DNA of 64,000 bases, from NCBI GenBank assembly GCA_965223545.1, contig OZ245006.1, forward strand, positions 1,120,001 through 1,184,000. Direction: 5' to 3'. The translations under genes were made by a program, and so were the position numbers. Positions 32,857 to 41,652 of this stretch are shown in pieces (positions within the stretch are counted from its first letter, which is position 1; each line of letters opens with the position of its first letter). The notes beneath the pieces were generated by a model. The model made no database searches, was not told the origin of the DNA, and saw nothing but the letters and a program-made list of their open reading frames with translations. This DNA is from Planctomycetota bacterium (GTDB lineage: Bacteria; Planctomycetota; UBA1135; UBA2386).

Positions 32857-34125
32857 ATGCCCGCGGCAGACCGACAGCCAGAGCCGAGCACCGCCGATCT
32901 CGCCCTGTTCGGCGGTTCTCCGGCGTTCGCCGAGCCAGCCCACGTCGGCCGCCCCAACCTGCTGCACACCGAGCGCTTCGAGGAGCGGCTGCGCGGCGCG
33001 CTGGAACGCGGCTGGCTGACCAACCAAGGGCCCTTGGTCACGGAGTTCGAGCGCGCCCTCGCGGCGCGGCTCGACACCGCCGAGTGCGTCGCGGTGTGCA
33101 ACGCCACCATTGCGTTGGCTCTGCTGGTGCGCGGGCTCGACCTGAGCGGCGAAGTCATCCTGCCGGCGTTCACCTTCGTCGCCGGCCCCCACGCGCTGTG
33201 GTGGCAACGCATTCGGCCGGTGTTCTGCGACATCGATCCGCGCACGCACTGCCTGGACCCCGAGGCTGTCGAGGCACTGGTCACGCCGCAGACCAGCGGC
33301 ATCCTCGGCGTCCACGTGTGGGGCAACGCCTGCGATGTGCCGGCGCTGGCCGAGATCGCGGCGCGCCACGACCTCGCCCTCGTGTTCGACGCCGCCCACG
33401 CGCTCGGCTGCCGTGCCCACGGCCGCCCGATCGGCGGCTTCGGCCGCGCCGAGGTGTTCAGCCTGCACGCCACGAAGTGCGTGCACGCCTTCGAGGGCGG
33501 GGTCATCGCCACCGACGACCGCGAGCTCGCCGTGCGCCTGCGCCTGATGCAGAACTTCGGCTTCGCCGGCGAGGACCGCGTCGACTACATCGGCATCAAC
33601 GGCAAGATGAGCGAGGTGTCGGCGGCGATGGGATTGACGTCGCTGGAAAGCCTCGACGAGATCGTCGGCTGCAACCGCCGCAACCATGAGCTCTACGCCC
33701 GTGGACTTGGGGCGGTGCCCGGGGTCGAGTTGCGCCCGGCGCCGGCGGAGGACCACAACCACCACTACGTCGTCGCCGAGGTCGACGCCGGCCGGACCGG
33801 CTTGACGCGCGACGAGTTGGTCGCCGCGCTCAGACTGGAGAACGTCGTCGCCCGGCGTTACTTCACGCCGGGCTGTCACCGCATGGAGCCCTACCGCTCG
33901 CTGCTGCCCGCACCGCCAGGGCTGCCGGTCACCGAGGCGGTCTGCGAGCGAGTCCTCGTGCTGCCGACCGGTCTGGCGATGGGGCCCGATGACGTGCAGC
34001 GCCTGTGCGCGCGGCTGGCGCTGATCGTCGACCACGCCGCGGCAGTGCGCGCCCGCCTGGCCACCAGCGAAGACCCTCGGCTGCCCGACTTCTGGCGTGA
34101 CAGGCGGAAGGCGCGCCGTGGCTGA
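32857..34125 (+). CDS. DegT/DnrJ/EryC1/StrS PLP-dependent nucleotide-sugar aminotransferase (VioA/DesI-like)
   Basis: WLTNQGP, CNAT, VHVWG, FDAAHA, FSLHATK (PLP Lys), GINGKMSE and RRYF. Confidence 0.9.
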   Translation: MPAADRQPEPSTADLALFGGSPAFAEPAHVGRPNLLHTERFEERLRGALERGWLTNQGPLVTEFERALAARLDTAECVAVCNATIALALLVRGLDLSGEVILPAFTFVAGPHALWWQRIRPVFCDIDPRTHCLDPEAVEALVTPQTSGILGVHVWGNACDVPALAEIAARHDLALVFDAAHALGCRAHGRPIGGFGRAEVFSLHATKCVHAFEGGVIATDDRELAVRLRLMQNFGFAGEDRVDYIGINGKMSEVSAAMGLTSLESLDEIVGCNRRNHELYARGLGAVPGVELRPAPAEDHNHHYVVAEVDAGRTGLTRDELVAALRLENVVARRYFTPGCHRMEPYRSLLPAPPGLPVTEAVCERVLVLPTGLAMGPDDVQRLCARLALIVDHAAAVRARLATSEDPRLPDFWRDRRKARRG

Positions 34126-35002
34126 GCACCCGGGGCCCAGCCGTCGGATCGATCCGGCGCTACTGCCGACCGAGGCTCAGGTGGTCGAGTACGAGGCCCG
34201 CGGCTGGCACGTCGCGCCCCGGGTGTTCGACGACGCCGTGCTCGATGCGGTACGCGCCGCCATCGATCGCTACCACGCAGGTCGACGCGACCACACCCTG
34301 CCGCCGGCGGACTACGCCGACTGGCGGCCCGGCGATGGCGACGGCGTGCGCAACAACGAGTTCTTCTCGCTGCAGTGCGAGGCGGCCCGCGCGCTGTGCT
34401 GGAGCCCGGTGCTCGGCGCGATCGCGGCGCGGCTGGCGCGCACCGATTGCGTCCGCCTGTTCGACGACCAGTCGGTCTACAAGCCGCCGCGCGGCGGCAG
34501 CGACACGGGGACGGTCGGCTGGCACACCGACCACTCGTACTGGTCGACGTGCACATCGACGCGCATGCTCACCGCCTGGGTGCCGCTGCAGGACGCCGAC
34601 GCCGACAGCGGCACGCTGACGGTGATCGACGGCAGCCACCGGTGGCCGGAATCGGAGCACGTCCGCGACTTCAACAACCCCGACCTCGATCAGCTCGCCA
34701 GTCGGCTCGGGCGGCCGATCCCGCCCGGCGCGCGGCTGCCGCTGCAACTGCGGCGCGGCCAAGTGAGCTTTCATCACATGCGCCTGCTGCACGCCAGCGA
34801 CGTCAACCGCGGCCCCGAGCCCCGCTACGCCGTCGCCGTGCACCTGCAGGACGGCGACAACGGCTACCGCGCGTTCCACGCGGCCGGCGTGCGCATCGTG
34901 CTCCCCCACGACCGCCTGTGCCGGGCCATGCCAAGCGGTGAGCCCGACTACTCCGATCCGCGCGTGTTCCCGGTGCTCTGGCAGGAAGGGCGCAGTGGCT
35001 GA
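34118..35002 (+). CDS. PhyH-family Fe(II)/2-oxoglutarate dioxygenase
   Basis: YKPP, WHTD (HxD), AWVPL, GSH, LLHAS and the terminal Arg of PRY. Confidence 0.88.
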   Translation: MAEHPGPSRRIDPALLPTEAQVVEYEARGWHVAPRVFDDAVLDAVRAAIDRYHAGRRDHTLPPADYADWRPGDGDGVRNNEFFSLQCEAARALCWSPVLGAIAARLARTDCVRLFDDQSVYKPPRGGSDTGTVGWHTDHSYWSTCTSTRMLTAWVPLQDADADSGTLTVIDGSHRWPESEHVRDFNNPDLDQLASRLGRPIPPGARLPLQLRRGQVSFHHMRLLHASDVNRGPEPRYAVAVHLQDGDNGYRAFHAAGVRIVLPHDRLCRAMPSGEPDYSDPRVFPVLWQEGRSG

Positions 35003-36068
35003 CGTGCTCTTGCTGCGGCCCGACGACGCCGACTGGGACCGCTGGATCGGTCGGGCCCGGGCGGACTTCTACCACAGCGCGGCGTATCACCGCTTCTCCG
35101 AGCAAGCCGGCGAAGGCACGGCGCACCTCGCGGTCTACGGCACCGCCGAGCGGTTCGTCGCCTGGCCCTACCTGCGCGTCGAGATCGACGGCAGCGATTG
35201 CGCCGACGCGACCTCGGTCTACGGCTACACCGGCCCGGTCGTCGGCGGCTCGCACGACGATGCCTTCCGCCGCGAGGCCTTCGCCGCGCTGTGCTCCGCG
35301 TGGCGGGCGCAGGGCCTGGTGACGCTGTTCACCCGGCTGCACCCCTTGCTGCAGAACCGCGACTGGTGTCTCGATCTGCCGGGCGACGGCACACCCCAAG
35401 GCGCGTCGCTGATCGAGCTCGGCCGCACGGTGTCGATCGATGCCACACTGGACGCCGAGACTCGGATGAGTGGCTATCCCAAGCGGATGCGGCAGGAGCT
35501 GCGCCGGGCGGTCAAGGCCGGCCTCGAGGTCGAGGTAGACGACGAGTGGCAGCACTTCGACCGGTTCGTCGAGCTCTACGGCGCGACCATGGACAAGAAC
35601 CTCGCCGAGGGGCGCTATCGCTTCTCGCGCGAGTACCTCGCCGGGCTGCGCGCGGCGCTCGGCGCACACGCACACCTGGCGGTGGTGCACTGTGGCGACG
35701 CGATCGCCACGGCACTGCTGTTCGTCATCTACGACGACATCGCCCAGGCCCACCTGACCGGGGTCGACGAGCGCTTCCTGCCGCACTCGCCGCTCAAGCT
35801 GCTCCTGCACGAGCTGGCCGGTCTGTGCCACCGCCGCGGCGCAAAGGTCCTGCATCTCGGTGCCGGCCGCGGCGGAGCCGAGGACGCGTTGTTCGCCTTC
35901 AAGGCCCGCTTCTCCGACCGCCGCCACCCGTTCACCTTGGGCCGCTGGGTCCTGGATGCCGAGCGCTATGCCGCGCTGAGCGACGCCGCCGACGCGCGCG
36001 CCGGCCCGCCACTGCAGCCGCACTTCTTTCCGGCCTACCGCGCCCCCCGCGGCGTGTGCCGCCAATGA
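34995..36068 (+). CDS. GNAT/FemAB-like acyl- or aminoacyl-transferase
   Basis: SVYGYTGP, RLHP, LHLGAG, LFAFK-x-x-F and FFPAYR. Confidence 0.85.
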   Translation: MADVLLLRPDDADWDRWIGRARADFYHSAAYHRFSEQAGEGTAHLAVYGTAERFVAWPYLRVEIDGSDCADATSVYGYTGPVVGGSHDDAFRREAFAALCSAWRAQGLVTLFTRLHPLLQNRDWCLDLPGDGTPQGASLIELGRTVSIDATLDAETRMSGYPKRMRQELRRAVKAGLEVEVDDEWQHFDRFVELYGATMDKNLAEGRYRFSREYLAGLRAALGAHAHLAVVHCGDAIATALLFVIYDDIAQAHLTGVDERFLPHSPLKLLLHELAGLCHRRGAKVLHLGAGRGGAEDALFAFKARFSDRRHPFTLGRWVLDAERYAALSDAADARAGPPLQPHFFPAYRAPRGVCRQ

Positions 36069-37345
36069 GCGAACCCGTCGCGGGCGACCCCGGCGGCGCG
36101 TCGGTTCGGGCCAACTTTCTGGCGCTGGCCGCGGGCCGCATCATCGCGGCGTTGGCGCAGTGGCTGGCGCTGATCGCGCTGACCAAGCTCGCCGACGTCG
36201 GCACGGTGGGCGCCTACGGCCTGGCGATGGCGATCTGCATCCCGATCACCGAGGTCGCGCGCATGGGCCTGCGCGAGGTGCGCGCCAGCGACGTGCAGCA
36301 CGAGTTCCGGTTCCGGGACTACATGGGAATGCGCGCCGCCGCCACCGCCATCGCGGTGCTGGCGATGGCCGCCACCGGCTGGGTGCTGGCCGACGACGCC
36401 ACCGGCTTCGCCGTGGTCTGCCTGTACGCTCTGTCGCGCGGGATCGAGCTGATCTCGGACATGATCTACGGCCTGTTCCAGCTGCAGGAGCGGCTCGATT
36501 TGGTCGGCCGCTCGCTGGCGCTGCAGGCGCCGCTCTCGCTCACTCTCCTCGCCGGCGGCTACGCCGCCACCGGCTCCCTGCAACTGGCAGTCGCCGGCCA
36601 AGTGCTCGCGCATCTGGTCGTGCTGCTCGGCTACGACGTCCGCGTCGCGCGGCAGCGCCTGCGCCACGAGCCCGCTGGCGACTCGCTGTGGCCGCGCTTC
36701 GACGCGGCGGTGCTGCGCCGCTTGGTCCGCCCAGCGGCGCCGCTGCTGCTCGCGTCGTTGTTGGCGATGACGGCGCTGCACTGGCCGCGCATCGCCGTCA
36801 AGCAGGAGCTCGGCGTGATCGCCCTGGGCTTTTTCTTGCCCCTGCTGCAGCCAGCCATGGCGCCCAGCCGCCTGGTGCACGCCCTCGGCGCGGCGGCGAC
36901 GGCGCGGCTGGCCCGCCTGCACGTCGGCGGCCAGCGCCGCGCTTTCGTCCGGCTGATCGCCTCGATGATGACGGCGGCCGGTGCCGTCGGCGCCATCGGC
37001 TTGCTGATTGCGTGGGCCGCGGGCGAGTGGGTCCTGACCCTGCTCTACCGGCAAGAGTACGCCGCGTACCAGACCGTGTTCGTCCTCGTCGTCGCCGGCG
37101 GCGCGCTGCGCTACGTCGCCGAGGCGCTGCAGTACGGGATGATCGCGGCCCGCGGCTTCTGGTGGCTGGCACTGCAGTACGGCAGCGCCGCGGTCGTCGC
37201 GGTCGTCGCCTGTGCGCTTCTGCTGCCGGAGCGCGGTCTCGAAGGCGCTGGCTGCGTCGTCCTGGCGGTGTCGGCGACCCAGCTGGCAGTCGTCGGCGGC
37301 GGCGTCCTCTGCCACCTGCCCCGAGCCGCGGAGGCCACGCCGTGA
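36065..37345 (+). CDS. Wzx-like polysaccharide flippase
   Basis: Many TM helices; N-terminal NFLAL-x-x-G and VGAYGLA MOP-family pattern. Confidence 0.85.
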   Translation: MSEPVAGDPGGASVRANFLALAAGRIIAALAQWLALIALTKLADVGTVGAYGLAMAICIPITEVARMGLREVRASDVQHEFRFRDYMGMRAAATAIAVLAMAATGWVLADDATGFAVVCLYALSRGIELISDMIYGLFQLQERLDLVGRSLALQAPLSLTLLAGGYAATGSLQLAVAGQVLAHLVVLLGYDVRVARQRLRHEPAGDSLWPRFDAAVLRRLVRPAAPLLLASLLAMTALHWPRIAVKQELGVIALGFFLPLLQPAMAPSRLVHALGAAATARLARLHVGGQRRAFVRLIASMMTAAGAVGAIGLLIAWAAGEWVLTLLYRQEYAAYQTVFVLVVAGGALRYVAEALQYGMIAARGFWWLALQYGSAAVVAVVACALLLPERGLEGAGCVVLAVSATQLAVVGGGVLCHLPRAAEATP

Positions 37346-38169
37346 AGCTCAGCGTCGCGGTGGTCACCTTCCAAGAGGTCGACTACGTGCGCCAAGCGGT
37401 GCTGTCGGCACTGCGGCAGAACACGACGTTCCCGTTCGAGGTCGTCGTGGGAGATGACGCCTCCACGGACGGTACGCGCGCCGTGCTCGAGGAGCTGCGG
37501 CGCGACTGGCCCGACCGCCTGCGGCTGGTGTTGGCAGAGCGCAATTACGGCGACTACGGCCTCACCAACTTCCTGCACGTGCTCACCGGTTGCCGCGGCG
37601 AGTACATCGCGCTGCTCGACGGCGACGACTACTGGACCGCCGCCGACAAGCTGCAGCAGCAGGTCGACTTCTTCGCCGCCCACCCCGAGTGCGCCGTCGT
37701 CGGCCACACCGTCGAGCACCGGCGGGACGACGGCTTCCGCGAGGTCTCGCGCCACCGCGACGGCACCGGGGTCTACGACGTCGGCGCGCTCTTGATCGAC
37801 AACTTCGCCCACAAGATCTCCTGCGTGCACCGCGCCGACAACATCGCGCAACTGCCCGAGTGGTTCCGCACGACCCGCGTCGCCTCCGCCGATTGGGTCT
37901 TCAACGTGCTCGGCGGCCGCTTCGGCAAGATCGGCTTCATCGACGAGGTCATGGGCATCCACCGCAAGCGCAAGCAGAGCCTGTCCACCGGCTACGGCAT
38001 GCCGCGCATGCTGGCCGACCGCCTGCTGGCGTTCGACCACCTGCGGCCACACTTCCCCGAGCACGGTGACGCGATCGCGAAGGCGGAGCGCCGGATCCGG
38101 TGGAAGATGCGCATCGCGCGGCTGGGTCCGCGCGCCTACGACCTGGCGAAGCGGCTGCGCGTAACCTGA
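37342..38169 (+). CDS. Glycosyltransferase family 2
   Basis: GDDASTDGT, GEYIALLDGDDYW and KLQQQV. Confidence 0.92.
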   Translation: MKLSVAVVTFQEVDYVRQAVLSALRQNTTFPFEVVVGDDASTDGTRAVLEELRRDWPDRLRLVLAERNYGDYGLTNFLHVLTGCRGEYIALLDGDDYWTAADKLQQQVDFFAAHPECAVVGHTVEHRRDDGFREVSRHRDGTGVYDVGALLIDNFAHKISCVHRADNIAQLPEWFRTTRVASADWVFNVLGGRFGKIGFIDEVMGIHRKRKQSLSTGYGMPRMLADRLLAFDHLRPHFPEHGDAIAKAERRIRWKMRIARLGPRAYDLAKRLRVT

Positions 38170-38286
38170 GCGCGCGGCTTGGGCCAACGGCCGGAGCCGG
38201 GCGAGGCACGTCTGGATCGGATCAGCTCGCACCTGGAAGCCATCCGCAACCCGCCCGGGCCCGAGCTCGTGTTTGCAACGAATACC

Positions 38287-38751
38287 CTATGGCCTCATGT
38301 CAGCAGACACTGAGGCTGCCAGATTGGCCACTCTCCGCAATTCGGTGCGGGCAAGGTGAATCACAAGACGCCTGACTCCGAAACCCGACAAGCCAATACC
38401 CAAAGCAGTCATCAGAATGACAGGGAAGCTATCCCCTAGACCTACTCGCGCCACCCAGTCCGTCAACAACCAGAGCCCAGAGAAACACCCCATCCCCACA
38501 ATGACCACGGTTGCAATGCGCGCTGGCACTCTTGTGTGCCCGCGCACGACGACGTTCGACCCCTTCGAAAACCTCAAAGTGTCGAACCAGATAATCGCCG
38601 ATTGCGAGTTCTTCAGGTAAACACTGCGCTCCACAAAAACCAGCTCCTGGTCACTCGTGTTCAATCTCACGAAACCGTGCCGTTCGAGGAACTCCTCGAG
38701 GGTTTCAGCCGCTCGCTCGGCTCCCTCAGCGCACGTCGCTTCGAGCCACAT
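38287..38751 (-). CDS. Orphan membrane protein (two C-terminal TM helices), lower GC
   Basis: About 155-aa ORF with two hydrophobic helices and many A/T-ending codons. Confidence 0.55.
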   Translation of the reverse strand: MWLEATCAEGAERAAETLEEFLERHGFVRLNTSDQELVFVERSVYLKNSQSAIIWFDTLRFSKGSNVVVRGHTRVPARIATVVIVGMGCFSGLWLLTDWVARVGLGDSFPVILMTALGIGLSGFGVRRLVIHLARTELRRVANLAASVSADMRP

Positions 38752-38971
38752 CAATCTACATTGGGCTGGAGTTTCCCGAGAACCTCATAAACACAGTATC
38801 CGTTTCCGACACGTCTAAGATTGTCAAGAGTTACCACCATACACGATTCCTTGCACCTACACGAAACCAGCATTCCTGTTCAAACGGAAACTCCAGCGGG
38901 CAGGTAATCGGCGGCTCGATGACCCACGTCCTGCGCGCCAAGGCGGTCGGAGCGGCTTGGGGACGCGTTGA

Positions 38972-40594
38972 TCAACACGCGAAGCAAACGACCGTCACGT
39001 CATCGTGCGCCTCCCCGTCGCCGACGAACGCGTTCAGCGCATCGAGCACGGACCGGCCGACCGCTTCGGCGCCACCACCGGCCGCGGCGACCGCGGCGTT
39101 CAACCGTGCCTCGCCGAACTCCTCGTCGCCGGCACGCGCCTCGGTGATCCCGTCCGAGTAGAGAACCACGACCTCACCGACGGCGAGCTCCAGCGCGCCG
39201 GTGGTTCCGCGCAGCGCTGGCTCCCCGGCGACGTTGAGCGGCACTCCGGTGCGCTCCGCCCGCAGCGGTCGCACAGCACCGCTCGCGTCACGTAGCAGAG
39301 GCGGGGGGTGCCCGGCGTTGGCGAACGACAGGCGGTGGGTTCGAGGATCCAGCACCGCCAGGGCAAACGTCACGAACTGGCTCTCCGGCGAGCTCTCCAG
39401 CAGAGCATCGTCGATCAGCGCCAAGACCTCGGCCGGGTCGGCGGTCTGCCCCAAGGCGTGGCGCACGTCGGCCGAGAGGCGCGCCATCTGTAGCGCCGCC
39501 GGCAGCCCCTTGCCGGAGACGTCGGCCACGCCGACCGCCAGCTTGCCGTCGCGCCCGCCGACGAAGCAGTAGTAGTCGCCACCGACGGCCCGCGCCGGTT
39601 CGTAGTGGGCGAAGAACTCGAAGCCCGGCATCTCCGGCAGTCGCCGTGGCAACAGGCTGCGCTGCACTTCGTGCGCGTTCTGCAGGTCGCGCACCAGCCG
39701 CTCCTGCTCCAGCTGGGCGGCGTGGAGCTGTGCGTTCTGCACCGCGATACCGACCGCGTTGGCGACGCTGGCGAGCACGTCGAGACAATCACCGGTGAAC
39801 GGAGCGTGCGCCGCCTCGCTGTGCAGCTGGATCACGCCCAGCGCCTGGTCCCCGCTGCCGAGCAACGGCGCGCACATCAGCGAGCGGATCGGCAGCGCCA
39901 TGAGCGAATGCGAGCCGCCGAACTGCGCATCGGTGGCGGCATCCGTCGACAGCACCGCCTGACGGCCCTGCATCGCCCGCTCGATCACCGTGCGGCTGAC
40001 CTGCAGCCCACCGGTGGCGGCGCCGCGGCTGCGCGCCGCCGCCGGCCGAAGCGCGCCGCGCTCGTCGGCCAATACGATCACGCCCTGGTCGGCGTGCGGA
40101 TACAGCGCGAACACGTGGTCCAGCACCCGCGGCAGCAGCTGCTCGAGGTCGGCGCCCCGGCCGAGCTCCCGCGTCACCGCCAGCACCGCCTGGAGTGCGC
40201 GCTCGGCATCGACCCGACACGCGCTGCCACCGCGGACGTCGATCGTCGACACGATCTCGCCGCCGGCGGGCGCGTCGAGCAGGGTGACGTCCAGCCCCTC
40301 GCCGACTTCGGCACCGAAGCGCAGGCGTTGGTCGCAGACGACGATCAGATCGCCCGGCTGCAGCCGTGTCGCCCGGTCGATGCGCTTGCCGTTCAGCAGA
40401 GTGCCATTGCGGCTACCCAGGTCGTCGAGCCAGTAGTCCCCGTGCTCGCACGTCACCAGGGCGTGCTGGCGGGACACCGCGCTGGACGGCAGCTGGACGC
40501 CACACGAGGGATGCCGCCCCACCGTGACCGGCTCTCCGGCCAGCGTCACCCGCCGGCCGGCGGGGTCGTCGAGCAGATCGAGGTAGCAAGCCAT
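38972..40594 (-). CDS. FHA-GAF-SpoIIE (PP2C/RsbU-like) phosphatase
   Basis: FHA: GR, SRQHA, DLGSRNGT. GAF: RSLMCAPL. PP2C: GGDYY, ADVSGKG, NAGH, SDGITEA, DDVT. Confidence 0.93.
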   Translation of the reverse strand: MACYLDLLDDPAGRRVTLAGEPVTVGRHPSCGVQLPSSAVSRQHALVTCEHGDYWLDDLGSRNGTLLNGKRIDRATRLQPGDLIVVCDQRLRFGAEVGEGLDVTLLDAPAGGEIVSTIDVRGGSACRVDAERALQAVLAVTRELGRGADLEQLLPRVLDHVFALYPHADQGVIVLADERGALRPAAARSRGAATGGLQVSRTVIERAMQGRQAVLSTDAATDAQFGGSHSLMALPIRSLMCAPLLGSGDQALGVIQLHSEAAHAPFTGDCLDVLASVANAVGIAVQNAQLHAAQLEQERLVRDLQNAHEVQRSLLPRRLPEMPGFEFFAHYEPARAVGGDYYCFVGGRDGKLAVGVADVSGKGLPAALQMARLSADVRHALGQTADPAEVLALIDDALLESSPESQFVTFALAVLDPRTHRLSFANAGHPPPLLRDASGAVRPLRAERTGVPLNVAGEPALRGTTGALELAVGEVVVLYSDGITEARAGDEEFGEARLNAAVAAAGGGAEAVGRSVLDALNAFVGDGEAHDDVTVVCFAC

Positions 40595-40671
40595 GCCCGG
40601 CTCATGATCGCGGATCGGCGGGGCTGGCGCCACGCATGCACCGCGCCGTGACAACGGCTACGCTGCCCGGC

Positions 40672-41652
40672 ATGCTGACCCGCCGGACCGGCGCCGTTTG
40701 CGCGGTCGCCTGGCTGACGCTCGCCGCCGCCAGTGCGCAGCCGACGCACATCAACATCCCGGGGCCCACGCCGGGGGTCTCGGTGATCGACACGATCGAC
40801 GCGATCGACGCCGAGCGGGAGAAGGAGCTCAACGAGCTGTGCCAGCGACTGCTCGACGAGCACGCCACGCAGATGTTGGTGGTCACCATCGACTTGATGG
40901 CCGAGTACGGGCACGACGACATCGACGAGATGGCCCACGCCCTGTTCAACCAGTGGCAGGTCGGACTGCGCGAAATTCACGGCCAGGACTGGGACACCGG
41001 CGTCATGGTGCTGTTCTCGCGGCTCGACCGCCGCGTCAAGATCGAGCTCGGGCGTGGCCTCGGCCGGCGCTACGACGCCGCGGCCGCGCGCGTGATCGAG
41101 CAGTACATGAAGCCCGACTTCCTCGAGGGCAACTTCGGCCACGGCCTGGTGGCCGGCGCGGTGGCGCTCGACAAGATGGTGCGCGGCGAGCCGCTGCCGC
41201 AGCCGCCGGGGGGCGGCGCGGTCGCTCCCCGCGGCGAGACCGAACCCCGACCCGGGCCAACGGCGCCCCAACCCGTGCCCTCGAGCTCCGGCGGCGGCAT
41301 CCCCTGGTGGGCGATCCTGCTGATCATCATCGTGGTCGTGGTCCTGCTGAAATCGCGGGGTGGCGGCGGGTTGTCGTTGCCGCGCGGCCGGTGGCGCCTG
41401 CCGCGCTTGCCGAGAGGCGGCGGCTTTGGCGGTGGACACCGGCGTGGCGGTGGCTTCCCCTTTCCGTGGCCGGGCGGCTCGCGGCGGCGGCGCGAACGCC
41501 GTGACGACGATCGCGGCGGCGCCGGCGGCGGCTGGGGAGGCGGCGGCAGCGGCCGGGGCGGCGGCTTCGGAGGGGGCTTCGGCGGCTGGACCGGTGGCAA
41601 GTGGAGCGGCGGTGGTTCGTCCGGCGGTGGCGGCGCCAGCGGCAGCTGGTGA
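40672..41652 (+). CDS. TPM-domain (DUF477/YgcG) protein with a Gly-rich tail
   Basis: LFNQWQVG, DRRVKIELGRG, a TM helix and the terminal GGGSSGGGGASGSW. Confidence 0.9.
   Translation: MLTRRTGAVCAVAWLTLAAASAQPTHINIPGPTPGVSVIDTIDAIDAEREKELNELCQRLLDEHATQMLVVTIDLMAEYGHDDIDEMAHALFNQWQVGLREIHGQDWDTGVMVLFSRLDRRVKIELGRGLGRRYDAAAARVIEQYMKPDFLEGNFGHGLVAGAVALDKMVRGEPLPQPPGGGAVAPRGETEPRPGPTAPQPVPSSSGGGIPWWAILLIIIVVVVLLKSRGGGGLSLPRGRWRLPRLPRGGGFGGGHRRGGGFPFPWPGGSRRRRERRDDDRGGAGGGWGGGGSGRGGGFGGGFGGWTGGKWSGGGSSGGGGASGSW

Noticed and set aside
34118..35002. PhyH protein as a halogenase
   Set aside because: The HxD carboxylate is intact (WHTD); Fe/2OG halogenases replace it with Ala or Gly.
32585..38971. 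Glycan cassette as a mobile element
   Set aside because: No integrase, transposase, tRNA or terminal repeats seen; reported only as a possible historic insertion.
41360..41652. Gly-rich low-complexity stretch as a novel element
   Set aside because: It is the ordinary C-terminal tail of TPM/YgcG proteins.
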